A stretch of 64,000 nt of DNA from contig MU057889.1 of the NCBI GenBank assembly GCA_013265495.1, positions 1-64,000 of the forward strand. Direction: 5' to 3'. Shown piece after piece: positions 39,556-52,117 of this stretch. Origin of the DNA: Vicugna vicugna. Lineage: Eukaryota. Numbering within the stretch: the first letter of the stretch is position 1; every line of letters begins with the position of its first letter. The translations under genes were made by a program, and so were the position numbers. The notes beneath the pieces are model-generated. The model was given only the letters and a program-made list of their open reading frames with translations, ran no database searches and was not told where the DNA came from.

Positions 39556-40892
39556 TAGGAGAAAAATTCCATGAAAAATATTTATACTTGACATTTCGAA
39601 AATAGAAGTAGATTTCTAAAAGATCATCCTACAAGTTCAAAATTTTTTAACTAAATAAAAATCACACAAAATGAATATTTTAGATTACAAGAGAAACAAA
39701 ATGTTATTCAAATTTTGTTTTAATTTATGAAGGATCAATGTAAGATTACATTAAATAAGTAAGACAATAATAATATTCTTCATTCTTGCATCATGAGTGG
39801 TAAGAGAAAGAACGGGATAAGGACAGAGGAAATGTAATACAAATGGGAAAAAAAACAGAGGTCAAAGAGGTAGAAAAAACACACAGAACTGGCGATAAAA
39901 GTTTTAAAATGCACATTGGGAGAGATAGTAAGATGGTGACAGATATTACCACAGTCATAATAATAGAGGCGTTTTACATTAAAGAGAAGACATAAACCTT
40001 CCTATGTCTAAAAAGATGTTAAACTCATTGTTTTATAAAAGATACTATTCTACTTTCAATTCCTCCCAAACTTCTCAAGCGGTTGCCTATCCTATTTCCT
40101 CCTGTCACAGCCCACCCATTCCTCAATCCATTGTCATGTGGTTTCTGTGCCTCTTCTCCATTGAACCTGCTCTGCCAATAGCATGCAAGTTGTCACAGAA
40201 AGCAGAAAGTGACACTCTGCAGTCCTGGTTCTCCATCTACTTCTGTGACCACCACCCATGGCTCTTTCCAGAGAGTGACTTTCAACCACTTTTTATTTTG
40301 CTGGTCTCTAGCATCAATGATCTGTCCACCCTCACTCCCACCTCACTCACTAACAACCTCTTTAAGTCTTATCACCTAAGCTATCAGTAGATTCTGACCA
40401 TGTCCATAGCATCTTAATCTGATGATCCCACTTTTTCTGCCTCCAGCCTTGGTATCTTCTTGGACTTCGAGGCCCCTCTGTCCATCTGCCAGTTGGACAC
40501 ATTTTCCTGAGCTTCCCACTGACCCCACAAACTCCTGACATATAAAATGGAACCCATCACCTTTCTGGGCACATTGTAGTCCCTTCTGAGTTGGTGGGAT
40601 TAGAAGCCAGGCAACCAGAGAAGTAGAGTGACTGTGAGGGATCAGGGAACACAAGGTGAGGTGGGCTGTGACTTGCAGATGTGAACGAAGCAGAGAGGTG
40701 AAACACAGATGAACCAAGAGCACTTGGTGTCAGGGGGAAGGAGCCAGCGGCCAGGGGAGAGGTGAAGAGGGATACGTGGAGGAGACAGGAGGTTCCTGCA
40801 TGTTCTTCAGGAGCACACGTGGAGGGATACAGAACCAGAGATGCCAGAACAGAAGGGTGAGTGGACACCACCACTGACAAAGGAATCTGCAG

Positions 40893-42549
40893 TTAGTGAC
40901 GCTTCCAGTGCAGTGATCTCCCCCTATACATATTGCAGAACTCTTGACCTTCACAGCAAAAGCTTGAAACCTTCGAGTATGCACGAATCAACTTCCAAGC
41001 CCTACACTTAACAGAACAGTCCAATTGAGTGTGATTGTAGTGCCACATATCTGGAAGAAAAGGACATTTATACTCAGTGCCAGAGAACAATACTTGGAAC
41101 TAAATAAAGTAAGGGGACCTTCCCCACCACACCAAGCCTGGTCTCCAGAGTAGGGACACATCCACCTCCCAGCAAGGGCTCCCTCAGACTGGACCCCCTA
41201 CACAGTGTCAGGAGCCAGGGGCCAGCTCAAGCCGGAAGAGCCTGGCTTAACAGCATTACCTCTCACATGGAAAAAGTACACATCCGTGGTTCTGCATCCT
41301 GGGCCTGCCTCCATAGTGCAGTTACCCTCACCTTCCAAACATTTGCCCTTCTTAAAAATACTGCAGACTTTACACAAGGTGGCTGGAGCTGCAGAGAAAC
41401 AGACATGGAGGCTGAGCCCAGGGTTGAATGCGCTGAGACCAAGGTGTGTAAGACACATTAGGATCCAGGATTTTAGAGACAAAAGATGACTCTAAATATT
41501 TCTCCTGCAAATAATTTGGGGTAAGAAATACCCCCTCTAGACTGCTTCCATTGGATATTTAAGGAAATGGGGTCTTTGACGTGAGGATCTCAAAATCCAT
41601 TAATCATAAATAACTTGTATATACTTTAAGAGTGAATTGGATGGTATGTGAATTATATCCCAGTAAAGCTGTTTTCTTTTTAAATAACCTTGAACAAGAA
41701 TATGAGACATGACTCGCCAGGTGATATGAAGATATTAGAAGGTGAAACAAGAGAAAAAGGTATGGGTTCTAACCAAGCAAGTGAAATTTCCACACTTGCA
41801 CCTAAACAACACTAAGAGATTATGTCTCCTTAATTTTGGTTTCCTGGGAGCCTGCCTGAGCTTTGTGCTCACATGCTCCCTTTGGCTTTGGATCAATTGT
41901 GCTAAACACATTCAGAACATCTACATATAGTCACCCTGGGCCAGAATCTCTGGGGGAATGGATGGGGCATAAAGACTGCACTGGCTTGAAGGTGAGGAGG
42001 TAGATTTTAGTCTCCAAAGATTTCCTAGGACAGCACCAAAAGTCATCCAAAGTATACACATATCTAAGTGAAAACAGTCCTGTAAAAATACTGGTTCAAA
42101 ATAAGCAATCGAATTACCTCTTCAGATCATGTCACTGACCCGTGGTTGCTTCTTTATAGAAAGTCTTGAAAACCTTTGGCTCTTCCTCTTAGGACCATCC
42201 CAGCAAGCCACAAAATCTACAAGTGACGAGAGCTCCCAACCCCAATCGGCCCCCGGGAGTGACTGACCCCACTCTGAAACCTTGGAAAGGAAGTCACCTC
42301 TTTCCCTGGCAGCAGTCGGGGTGGGGATGGCAGAAAGAGACCTCAAATCCCTGCCGGTCAGGTCATCCCAGAACCTCATCCCTGACTCTGTCCCCTCCCA
42401 AGCTGGCCAGGTCATCACCCCGGAGCTGCTCCCCAGCCTACCTCCACAGCCTACTCCCTGCCCAGCGACCACAGGCACTCACCCACTCCCTGGAAGAACA
42501 CGAGCGGGAAGACTCCCAGCAGCAGAAGCAGAAGCAGGAGCCTGTCCAT
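40893..42549 (-). CDS. Unnamed PATE-family three-finger protein, paralogue E, 117 aa; exons 42549-42483, 41388-41260, 41050-40893
   Basis: Same exon 1 as paralogue D, then APATLCKVCSIFKKGKCLEGEGNCTMEAGPGCRTTDVYFFHVR-DMWHYNHTQLDCSVKCRAWKLIRAYSKVSSFCCEGQEFCNMYRGRSLHWKRH. Ten Cys, AATAAA at 40292-40297 (minus). Confidence 0.9.
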
Positions 42550-45489
42550 CCCGGTCTGGGGTGGCGGGAAGATGCAGAGGTGGCTGGAGGGGGGGAGCAG
42601 AGTGCCCGGGAAGGGCAAGGACAGGCTGCCCTCGCGTGCAGATGAGGAGGCTGAGGAATCTGCACTGAGCTGCTCCTGGGCTGTGGGTAGAAGCTTCCTT
42701 TTACGCACCTGCCAGTGGGCGTTTCACCGCCACACAGGCCCAGGAAACGTTCCCACAGAATCAGCCACCTTGGACACTTCCGAGGACAAATGTCCCACGT
42801 GCCCCTCCTGTTCCCTGGAGGCTGCCTCCTGATCAATGGGGGACACGATGCCTGACCAGATCTGCTGGGCCCCTCAGCAATCCCTGATTCTTTACTCTCT
42901 GGACATCCCACTATCCCAGGTCGAAGATCAGGGGCATCTAACAGGGGCAGGGCTTTGCTAAAATAGTCATTTTCTCTAGGTCCAATGTCCCTTATGACTA
43001 CCCCCTTCTCTTGTCCTACAGCACAGGACAGTACCCACCCTGGGCTGACAGCTGCCTCAGGGCTCAGAAAGCATTCATCACAGGAGCAGTCTATGCCTCC
43101 TGCCTTCCCCTTCCTTATATTTGAGCTCACAGTTGAGACCAGGGGCCTCTCAACACAGAATCAGTGTTGACAATGGCAGGGGTAGTTACAATAGCAAACA
43201 TTTACTTAGTATTTTCCATAAACCAGTACCCACATCTACTGCTACCATGCATATCTTAATCAGGATGTATCTTCAACCCATCATAAACACATTATATATA
43301 CAGCAAATACTTTTTAAACAAAAAAGGAACAAAAGCAATATAGAGAACTAGTTTATTTTATAAAATACGAAACACTTCCTGGTATATTACTGTTATTTCT
43401 CTGGACACTAAAGGAAGCAGATAATACTTTTAATTTAAAATTTTGTTGTTGTTATTCACAGGAATACTTTTGCCCTGACACCTCTGAAATTACAATCTTA
43501 TAGTATCCTGAATTCACTATTTGCATATTTAAAAGAGCCAATTCCCCAACTACAATGTTCATGTTTATATTCTAGTTACATCCAGTCAAGGGAAGAGAAG
43601 GATGTAGGAGCAAGATCCCAATGTGCAGGCTGGGCGCCGGAGATAACGTTCCAGGTCACAGGGGCAGTCTCCCTTCCCCTCCCTCCTCCTCCATCTAGAC
43701 AACCTTTTCATGGCAGAGACCTTGACACTCAGGTTCACCATTAGCCAGAAGCACTCGGCACAACACATGGTCCAGTAATATTTCTGACTCAACAAGAATA
43801 ATAGAACAAATAACTGAATGCACGAAGGTCTGCCAGCCCAGAAAGCAACTACGGGAGGGAAAAGGCCAAGAACCTCAACGCACCCACAGACTGAGAGTCC
43901 AGCTGCATCCCACACTTTGAGAGAAGAGATATAAGGCGTGAGGGCTCTCCTTCACCACTTTCAGAAGACAAAGATTGTTCAGAGTAAGATGCTGCAGGAG
44001 TGTGGGGCGCATGAATGAATGATTTCATTTTTAGCCAGTCTCCAAACTGAGCAACTTCGCTGAGTAACCCAGGGTCCCCTGTGTGTTCAGCCTGCCTCTC
44101 TAACGACAGCGGAATTCCAGAGATGCTCATGTTTCCCAAGTGCTACGCCACCCCCATCATAGGTATGCAAGAACAGAAGGCGAAGGAGGAGTAGAAAAAG
44201 GAAACAGAATATAAAAAAGTTATTGGAGCTTCCAAAGAACACATTTCTTCTTCCATAGCATTATTTTACTGAAGATACACTGTTCTGTGCAAACTTGAAT
44301 AATATATTGATAACAATAAGTGCATACTACATAATGCATAATGTGATATTGTAAAGGGACATGTTATCACTAGGGAACCTAGGAAAAGAGTTAAAAACAG
44401 AAAATAACATTCTGGTGAAATCTTCTCATAGAAATGTATGCTCCTCAAACACTCTGTGATGGTGTTTCCCAAGGAAAGGTCAGCAGTGGATGCCTAAGTA
44501 TGAAATTATTTTAGCATGATGTACCTGTTTTATCTAGGGTGCTTACAATAAACAAACCATGTTTTAAAGATACAGGAGATGTGGTCCCACTAGAAAACAT
44601 CTGTGACAGCTATCTAACTATACTAACATAAAATGGGGATGCTACTTGATTAAAACAGCTCCACACATAAATCATAAGTTAAATCTATACCAGAAAAGGC
44701 CAGGAGCACCTCAAAGAAGAATACACTGCCCCACATTCCTGGTTGCCCTTCCTTTTTCCACTCTTCCCCACAAAGTTTCTTAAATAACATTCTATAATGT
44801 GTCTGCATTAGATTGTACAGGAAGATAATGGTCATTTTAAATAGTGGAGTTATGCTGGATGATACACGCACATCCCTGAATGATGTGGTGTGAAAGTTTT
44901 CCGTTTTTTCAGAAGAGGAGGTCCATGAGGAATTGAGAGCTTGATTAAGTATTAATATATTAAATTTACCTGAGCCCATGAAACTCCTAAAGTTGGGAGA
45001 GATCTAACAGTTAGTCCTAATTCATGACTTTATTCAAAGCTTACTTACTAAATCACTCCTTTCGTTCCCCAAATGCTTTAGTTAGGGAATAAATTATGTG
45101 GTCAGTCTACTTAGCGGTCATCAGGCACAACCTCTCTCCCAGTGCAGGAAACTTCTCTTGGGCAGCACTCAGACAGGGGGTGACAAGAACCACCACAAGC
45201 TTCCAGACCCACGCCAGTCCCCATCAGATCTTTCAGGAATGTGTGTAGGCTGAGATCCCACAAGGAAGTGCCCTAGTCAGAGCACCGGCTGAGAAATCAG
45301 ATAGATCTGGGTTTGAAGGCTCATTCCAACATTTACAGGCTATGAGACCCCAGCAAATCATTAATCTGTAGGGAATATTACAGCACTTACGTCATTAGGT
45401 TGCTGGCTCAATTCTTCATATTAATTTTCTCCTCAATTATTATCAGAGAATCCAGTTAAGAAAAGTTTAATTTAAGAAACAGGATGAAT

Positions 45490-47640
45490 TCAACATCCAT
45501 TTATGACAATACCTCTCCAGAAAGTGGGCACGGAGGGAACATACCTCAACATAATAAAGGTCACATGTGACAAACCCACAGCTAACATCATACTCAATGG
45601 TGAAAAGCCGAAAGCATTCCATCTAAGGTCAAAAACAAGAAAAGGATGCCCACTCTTGCCACTTTTATCTAATATAGTTTTATAAGTTCTAGCTACTGCA
45701 ATCAGGGAAGAAAAACAAAAAAATAAATCCAATTGGGAAAGGAAGAAGTAAAATTGTCACTGTCACTATTTGCAGATGATATGATACTATACATAGAAAA
45801 TCCTAAAGATGCTACCAGAGAACTACTAGAGTTCATCAATGAATTAGGTAAAGTTGCAGGATACAAAATTAATACACAGAAATCTTTTGCATTTCTAAAC
45901 ACTAACAATGAAATATCAGAAAGAGAAATTAAAGAAACAACCCCATTTATCTTTGAATCAAAAAGAGCAAAATACCTAGAAATAAACCTACCCAAGGAGA
46001 CAAAGGAACTATACTCAGAAAACTGTAAGACACTGATGAAAGAAACTGAAGACATCACAGATGTAAAGAAGTATTGCGTTCTTGAAGTAGAAGAATCAAT
46101 ATCGTTAAAATGACCATACTACCCAAGGCAAGCTACAGATTCAATGTAATCTCTAACAAATTACCAATGGCATTTTTCACAGAACTAGAACAAAAAAATT
46201 TTAATTTATATGGAAACACAGAAGACCTCGAATAGCCAAAACAATCTGAGAAAGAAGAAGAGTTGGAGGAATCATGCTCCCTGACTTCAGACTACAAAGC
46301 TGTATGGTACTGGCACAAAAATAAACACATAGATCAATGGAACAGGATAGAAAGTCCAGAAATAAACCCACACACTTATGATCAATTAATCTACAATAAA
46401 GGAGGCAAGAATATACAATGGAGAAAAGTGGTGTTAAGAAAATTGGACAGTTAACACGTAAAGAATGAAATTAGAACACTGTCTAAAACCACACACAAAA
46501 ATAAACTTAAAATGGATTAAAGATCTAAATGTAAGACCAGATACTCTAAAACTGCTGGAGAAAAACATAGGCAGAAAACTCTTTGATGTAAATCACAGCA
46601 ATATTTTTTTGATCTGTCTCCTAGAGTAATAGAAATAAAACCAAAAATAAAAAATGGGACCTAATTAAACTTAAAAGTTTTTGCATATCAAAGACTATAA
46701 ACAAAACAAAAAGACAACCTATGGACCGGGAGAAAATATTTGCAAATGATGCTATCGACAAGGGAGATTAATTTCCAAAATATACAAACAGCTTATACAG
46801 CTCAATATTTTAAAAAAAAGCCCACAGTGAGCTACACCTCATATCTGTCAGCAGGGACATTCTCAAAAAGACAAGAAACAAGTGTTGGCATAGATGTGGA
46901 GAAAAAGAGAATCCTTGTGCACTTTTGATGGAAATGTAAATTGGTACAACCACTATGGAAAATAGTATGGAAATTCTTCAAAAAACTAAAAACTAGAACT
47001 ATCACATGTTTTGGATATTTATCTGAAGTAAACAAAAACACTAATTAGAAAAGATATGTTTACCCCCATGTTCATTGCAACACTATGTACAATAGCCAAG
47101 ACATGAAAGCAACCTAACTGTTCATTCATAGATGAAGGGGTAAAGAAGATGTGATATTTACATACAATACACATATATACAATGGATTATTACCCAGCCA
47201 TGTACAAGAATGAAATCTTGCCATTTGAAGCAACATGGATGGACCTGCTGGATATTATGCTAGGTGAAATAAATCAGACAGAGGAAAACAAATATGATTT
47301 CACTTATATATGGAATCTAAAAGACAAAACAAATGAACAAACAAAACTAAGTCTCATAGAGAAAAAATATGGGGGGTAGGGGTACAGATGAAATAGGTTA
47401 AGAATTAAGAGATACCCCCCCCAAAAAAGAGATACAAACATCTAGCTATAAAATAACTAAGTCATGGGGATATAACGTACACATAAGGAACATATTCAAT
47501 AATATTGTAACAACTTTGTATGGTGACAGCTGCTAACTGGTCATTGCCATGATCATTCCACAATGTATAAAAATACTGAATCACTATACTCTACACCAAA
47601 ATCAAATACAAGACTGTATGTTAATTAAAACAATTTTTTA
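45490..47640 (+). mobile_element. 5'-truncated L1 (RT to 3'UTR)
   Basis: LFADDMILYIENPKDATRELLEFINE RT motif, with frameshifts. Confidence 0.92.
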
Positions 47641-47684
47641 AAAATAGGAGCAGATAATTAGAATGTGCCCTGCCATACAGATGA

Positions 47685-47875
47685 AGCCATTTATACAAAA
47701 GTTATCTCTGATAATAACTCTTTTCTGGGAAAAATTTTCCATTTAAATTCTCCCACGTAGTTAAAGGAGAGGCAATAGTTTCTCTTGAGCCCACAGGGTC
47801 TCGATTGCCTTTAGCTCAAAATAACCCACATGCCAAAGTGACTCATCTTGGAAAGGTCTGTTCTGAATCCCTACA
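47685..47875 (-). mobile_element. ERV1-type LTR fragment
   Basis: ctcaaaataacccacatgccaaagtg..ttctgaatccctaca resembles a MER41/MER4-group LTR terminus. Confidence 0.5.
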
Positions 47876-48099
47876 ATGCTAAACCTGCTGAATTGCATAC
47901 ATTAAATTTGAGAATGATTTAATGAAAATAGTTAGAAAAAAATGTAAAGTGCTTAAAACAGTCCCTGACATAACTCTCAAAAAATGTAAGCTAAGAGTTT
48001 TATCACCTCATTGTTTTTAATTTCATTTTATTCTAGGCATTAAAAGGTGGGTCACCTGTTTCCTCCCTTACACTTCATCTTTCAGTCATATATGTTTTT

Positions 48100-50100
48100 A
48101 TCAAGTGCTTTTTCTGCATCTATTGAGATGATCATGTGATTTTTGTCTTTCCTTTTATTGGTATGGTGTATCACATTGATTTCTGTATATTGAACCGTCC
48201 TTCTGACCCTGGAATGAACCCAACTTGTATAATCCTTTTTATGTATTGTTGGATTCAATTTGCTAATATTTTGTTGACGGTTTCTGCATCTATATTCATC
48301 AAAGATTGGCCTGTAATTTTCTTTCTTCCTTTCTTCCTTCCTTTCCTTTCCTTCTTCCTTTCATTCCTTCTTTCTTTTTGTATTGTCTTTATCTGGTTTT
48401 AGTATCAGGGTAATGGTGGCTTCATAAAATGACTTTGGCAGTATTCTCTTCTCTTCAATCTTTTGGAAGAATATGAGAAGAATCAGTATGAGCTCTTCTC
48501 TGTATGTTTAGTTGAACTCCCCAGTGAAGTCATCTGGTCCTGGACTTTTGTTTGCAGCAAGTTTTTTTTTTATTATTATTACTCTATTTCACTTCTAGTG
48601 ATCAGTCTGTTCAAATTATCTGTTTCTTATTGAATCAGTTTTAGCAGGCTGTATGTATCTAGAAACTTGTTCATTTCTTCTAGGTTGTCCATTTTGTTGG
48701 CATCTAACTGTTAATAGTGTTTTCTTAAGTGACTTTTAAAAATTTTTTCTGGTATCATTTGTTATTTAACCTCTTTTATTTCTCATTTTGTTTATTTAGG
48801 TCCTCTCTCCTTTTTTCTTGGTGAGCCTGGCAAGAGGTTTTTCAACTTTATCCTTTCAAAAAACCAGCTCTTGGTTTTATTGATTTTTTTCTATTATTTT
48901 TTCTCAACTTCATTTATTTCCTCTCTGATCTTTCATATTTCCATCCTTCTACTGAATTTAGGTTTGTCCTTTTTCTAATTCTTTTAGGTGGTAGGTTACA
49001 TTCTGTATTTGGGTTGTTTTTGTTGTTGTTTTTTGAGGAATACCTATATCACTACAAACTTCTCTCTTAGAACTGCTTTTGCTGCATCCCATAGATTTTG
49101 TATGGTTGTGTTTTCACTGTCATTTATATCAAGTTATTTTTTGATTTTTCTCTTTGATTTCAAGTTGGCCTATTTTTTTTTTAGTACCATGTTGTTTAGT
49201 ATTCATGGAATCTTTTTTTCTTTCATTTCTTTCTCTGGTTGATTTATAGTTTAATGCCACTGCAGTTAGAGAAGACACTTGAAATAATTCCTATCCTCTT
49301 AAATTTATTATAGCTTGTTTTGTGTCCTAGTATGTGGTCCATCCTAAAGAAAGTTCTACATGCACTTGAAAAGAACGTGTATTCTGGTTTTTTTGGATGT
49401 AGTGTTTTGTAGATGTCAATTACATCTAACTGCTCTATTGTGGCATTCAGGAACCCTGTTGCCTTATTATTTTTGTCTGTAAGATCTTTCTATTGATCTG
49501 TCCATTTGTCAGTAGAGTGTTAAAGTCTCCTATTATTGTATTCTCATCAATCTCTCCCTTTAAGTCTGTTAGTATTTGTTTTATGTATTTAGGTGCTCCT
49601 CTGTTGGGTGCATATATGCTACTGATTGTAATATCCTCTTCTTGTATTGATCCTCTTATCATTATATAGGGTCCTTTTTTATCTTTATGGCCTTTGTTTT
49701 AAAGTCTATTTTGTGTGATATGAGTATTGCTACCCCTACTTTCTTGTCATTTCCATTTACATGATATATCTTTTCTGCGTGTTATGAGTATTGCTATTCC
49801 CACTTTCTTGTCATTCCATTTGCATGAAACATCTTTTTCTATCCTGTCACTTTTAGTCTATGTGAATCCTTTGCCCTTGCAGTTAGAATACTGTAGGCTC
49901 CTGTTTTATTATCCAATCTGCCACTCTATGTCTTTTGATCAGAGCATTTAGTCCATTGACCTTTAAGGTAATTATTGATAGATACGTATTTATTGTCATT
50001 TTAGACCTTGTTTTCCAGTTGATTTTTTATTTCTTCTTTGTTCCTTTCTTCACTTTGTTTTTCCTTTTGTGGTTGAATGGTTTTCTTTTGTATTATGCTT
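48100..50100 (-). mobile_element. L1 ORF2 (endonuclease to RT) fragment
   Basis: MIRGSIQEEDITISSIYAPNRGAPKYIKQILTDL..IIGDFNT endonuclease motif. Confidence 0.9.
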
Positions 50101-52117
50101 GAATCTCAGGCCATTTCTTAATAACAAGGACTCATACTACCACACCCACCACCACCACTCACTCTTTCTTCCTCACCCCTTCTCACATTTCATCCACCAC
50201 ATTAACATTGATGTTTCCTGGTGTTTATTCCTCGGTGCTTTTCTCACAGAGTTCATTGGTGGGGGTGGGGGGCTCATTAACTCTCATAATGATAGCCATC
50301 AAATTCTCTTGGGCTACACTTAACCATCTACTATACAGGCTAATGGTCTCAAGTCTTTTACCCATGGGCTTTTTGGATCCTTAGACCTCTCTATGAACTT
50401 CCTGTTATGATGGCCAACTGGATTTTCCTCTGGCCCATCATATTCATTATGTCCAAAAGAGATCTCATCGTCCTCCCATGAAAACTGCTTTGCCCCCCTA
50501 AATTCTCAGTCTAAATACCTTCAATTACTTCTAGTCCAGAAACCTGGGAGTTTGGTCTGTGATCCCCACCCCCTCATCCAACCACAATTTTACCAGCTAA
50601 CATATTGTAAATCTGCTTCTCCTTACCATATCTACTAAAACAGTTCTAACAACTTGGCACACAAAGTACCCCAAGGCTTTGCCCCTCCTTCCTCTTTGGC
50701 CTCCTCTCCCACTTTCTTTTTTTTTTTTTTTTACTTTACTCTTTAGTAATTCTAAACAGATTGTGGCTGCCCACATACAACTTGCCTGACTCCAAGTTTT
50801 TGGTCTTAAAGTACTCTTTTCCTCAACTTTCTCTAAATAATCCTCATGTATTTTACTCAATTATCATTTCTTATAAATCTAGAACCCCTAGACCAGCTTA
50901 GATGCCCCTGATCTGTGCTCCCATAGGAACCCATGCTTACTTTCTTCCCATATATACCACATTATGATGAAATTTTTTATGTCAGACTTCCTAAATGAAG
51001 GCAAGGAATGTAACTTTTCAATATTTAACTGTGCTTTAAATTTTTTTTATTTAAAAAGTTGATTTATAATATTGTATTAGTTTTAGGTGTACATCAAAAT
51101 GATTCAGTTATATATATACAATGTATCAAGATATATTTATCTTGAGATATATATATTATACATATATTTTTAAAATTATGAATCTCAAAAATATATTGAA
51201 TATAGTTCCCTATGGTATACAGTGGCCCCTATTGTTTATCTATTCTATATATAGTAATGTATATCTGTTAATCCCATACTCCTAATTTATCCTTTCCCCT
51301 CCCCTTTCCCCTTTGGTAACCATAAATTTGTTTTCTGTCTGTTGAGTATGTTTCTGTATTATAAATAAGTTGATTGTATTTTTTTTAGATTCCCTATATG
51401 TGTTATTATGTAGTATGTCTTTCTCTGTATGACTTATCTCAGTATGATAATCTCTAAATCCATCAATATTGCTGGAAATGGCAATATTTCATTATTTTTT
51501 ATGGCTGAGTAATAGTCCATTGTGTGTGTGTGTGTGTGTGTGCATGACATCTTCTTTATCCATTCATCTGTTGATGAACACTAAGATCGCTTCCATGTCG
51601 TGGCTGTGGCAAACAGTGCTGCTGTGAGCACTGGGGTGCATGTATCTCTGCACTGGAGTATTTGTCTTTTCCAGATATATGCCCAGGAATAGGATCACTG
51701 GATCATACGGTTAAGTCTATTTTTAGTTTTTTAAGGAACCTCCATACTGTTTTTCAAGGTGGTTACACCTATTTACAGTCTCACCAACAGTATACAAGGG
51801 TTCCCTTTTCTCCATATCCTTGCCAACACTTGTTTTCTTGATGATGGCCATTCTGACAGGTGTGAGGTGATACCTCATTGCGGTTTTTGATTTCAATTTC
51901 TCAGATGATCAGTGATGTTGTGTACCTTTTCATATGCTTGTTGGCCATCTGCATTTCCTCTTTGGAAAAATGTCTATTCAGTTCTTCTGACCCTTTTCTA
52001 AATTGGGTTGTTTGTTTTTTTGGTGTTGAGTTGTATGGGCTTTTTATATACAGTGGATATTAATTCTTTATCAATCACATCATTTGCAAATATTTTTTTC
52101 CCATTCAGTATGTTGCC

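Larger units (their letters stand above)
29950..45160. repeat. Tandem segmental duplication of about 8 kb (units roughly 29950-37125 and 37650-45160), each carrying one PATE-like gene
   Basis: Collinear homology at offsets of 8.0-8.5 kb, with identical ORFs repeated in the ORF track (e.g. 35585-35914 = 43586-43915). Confidence 0.88.

Noticed and set aside
42438..43130. 230-aa minus-strand ORF overlapping paralogue E exon 1
   Set aside because: Off-frame GC-rich artefact; only partly open in the other unit.
49720..49840. Imperfect ~63-bp tandem duplication
   Set aside because: Internal to a decayed L1 with no evident significance.
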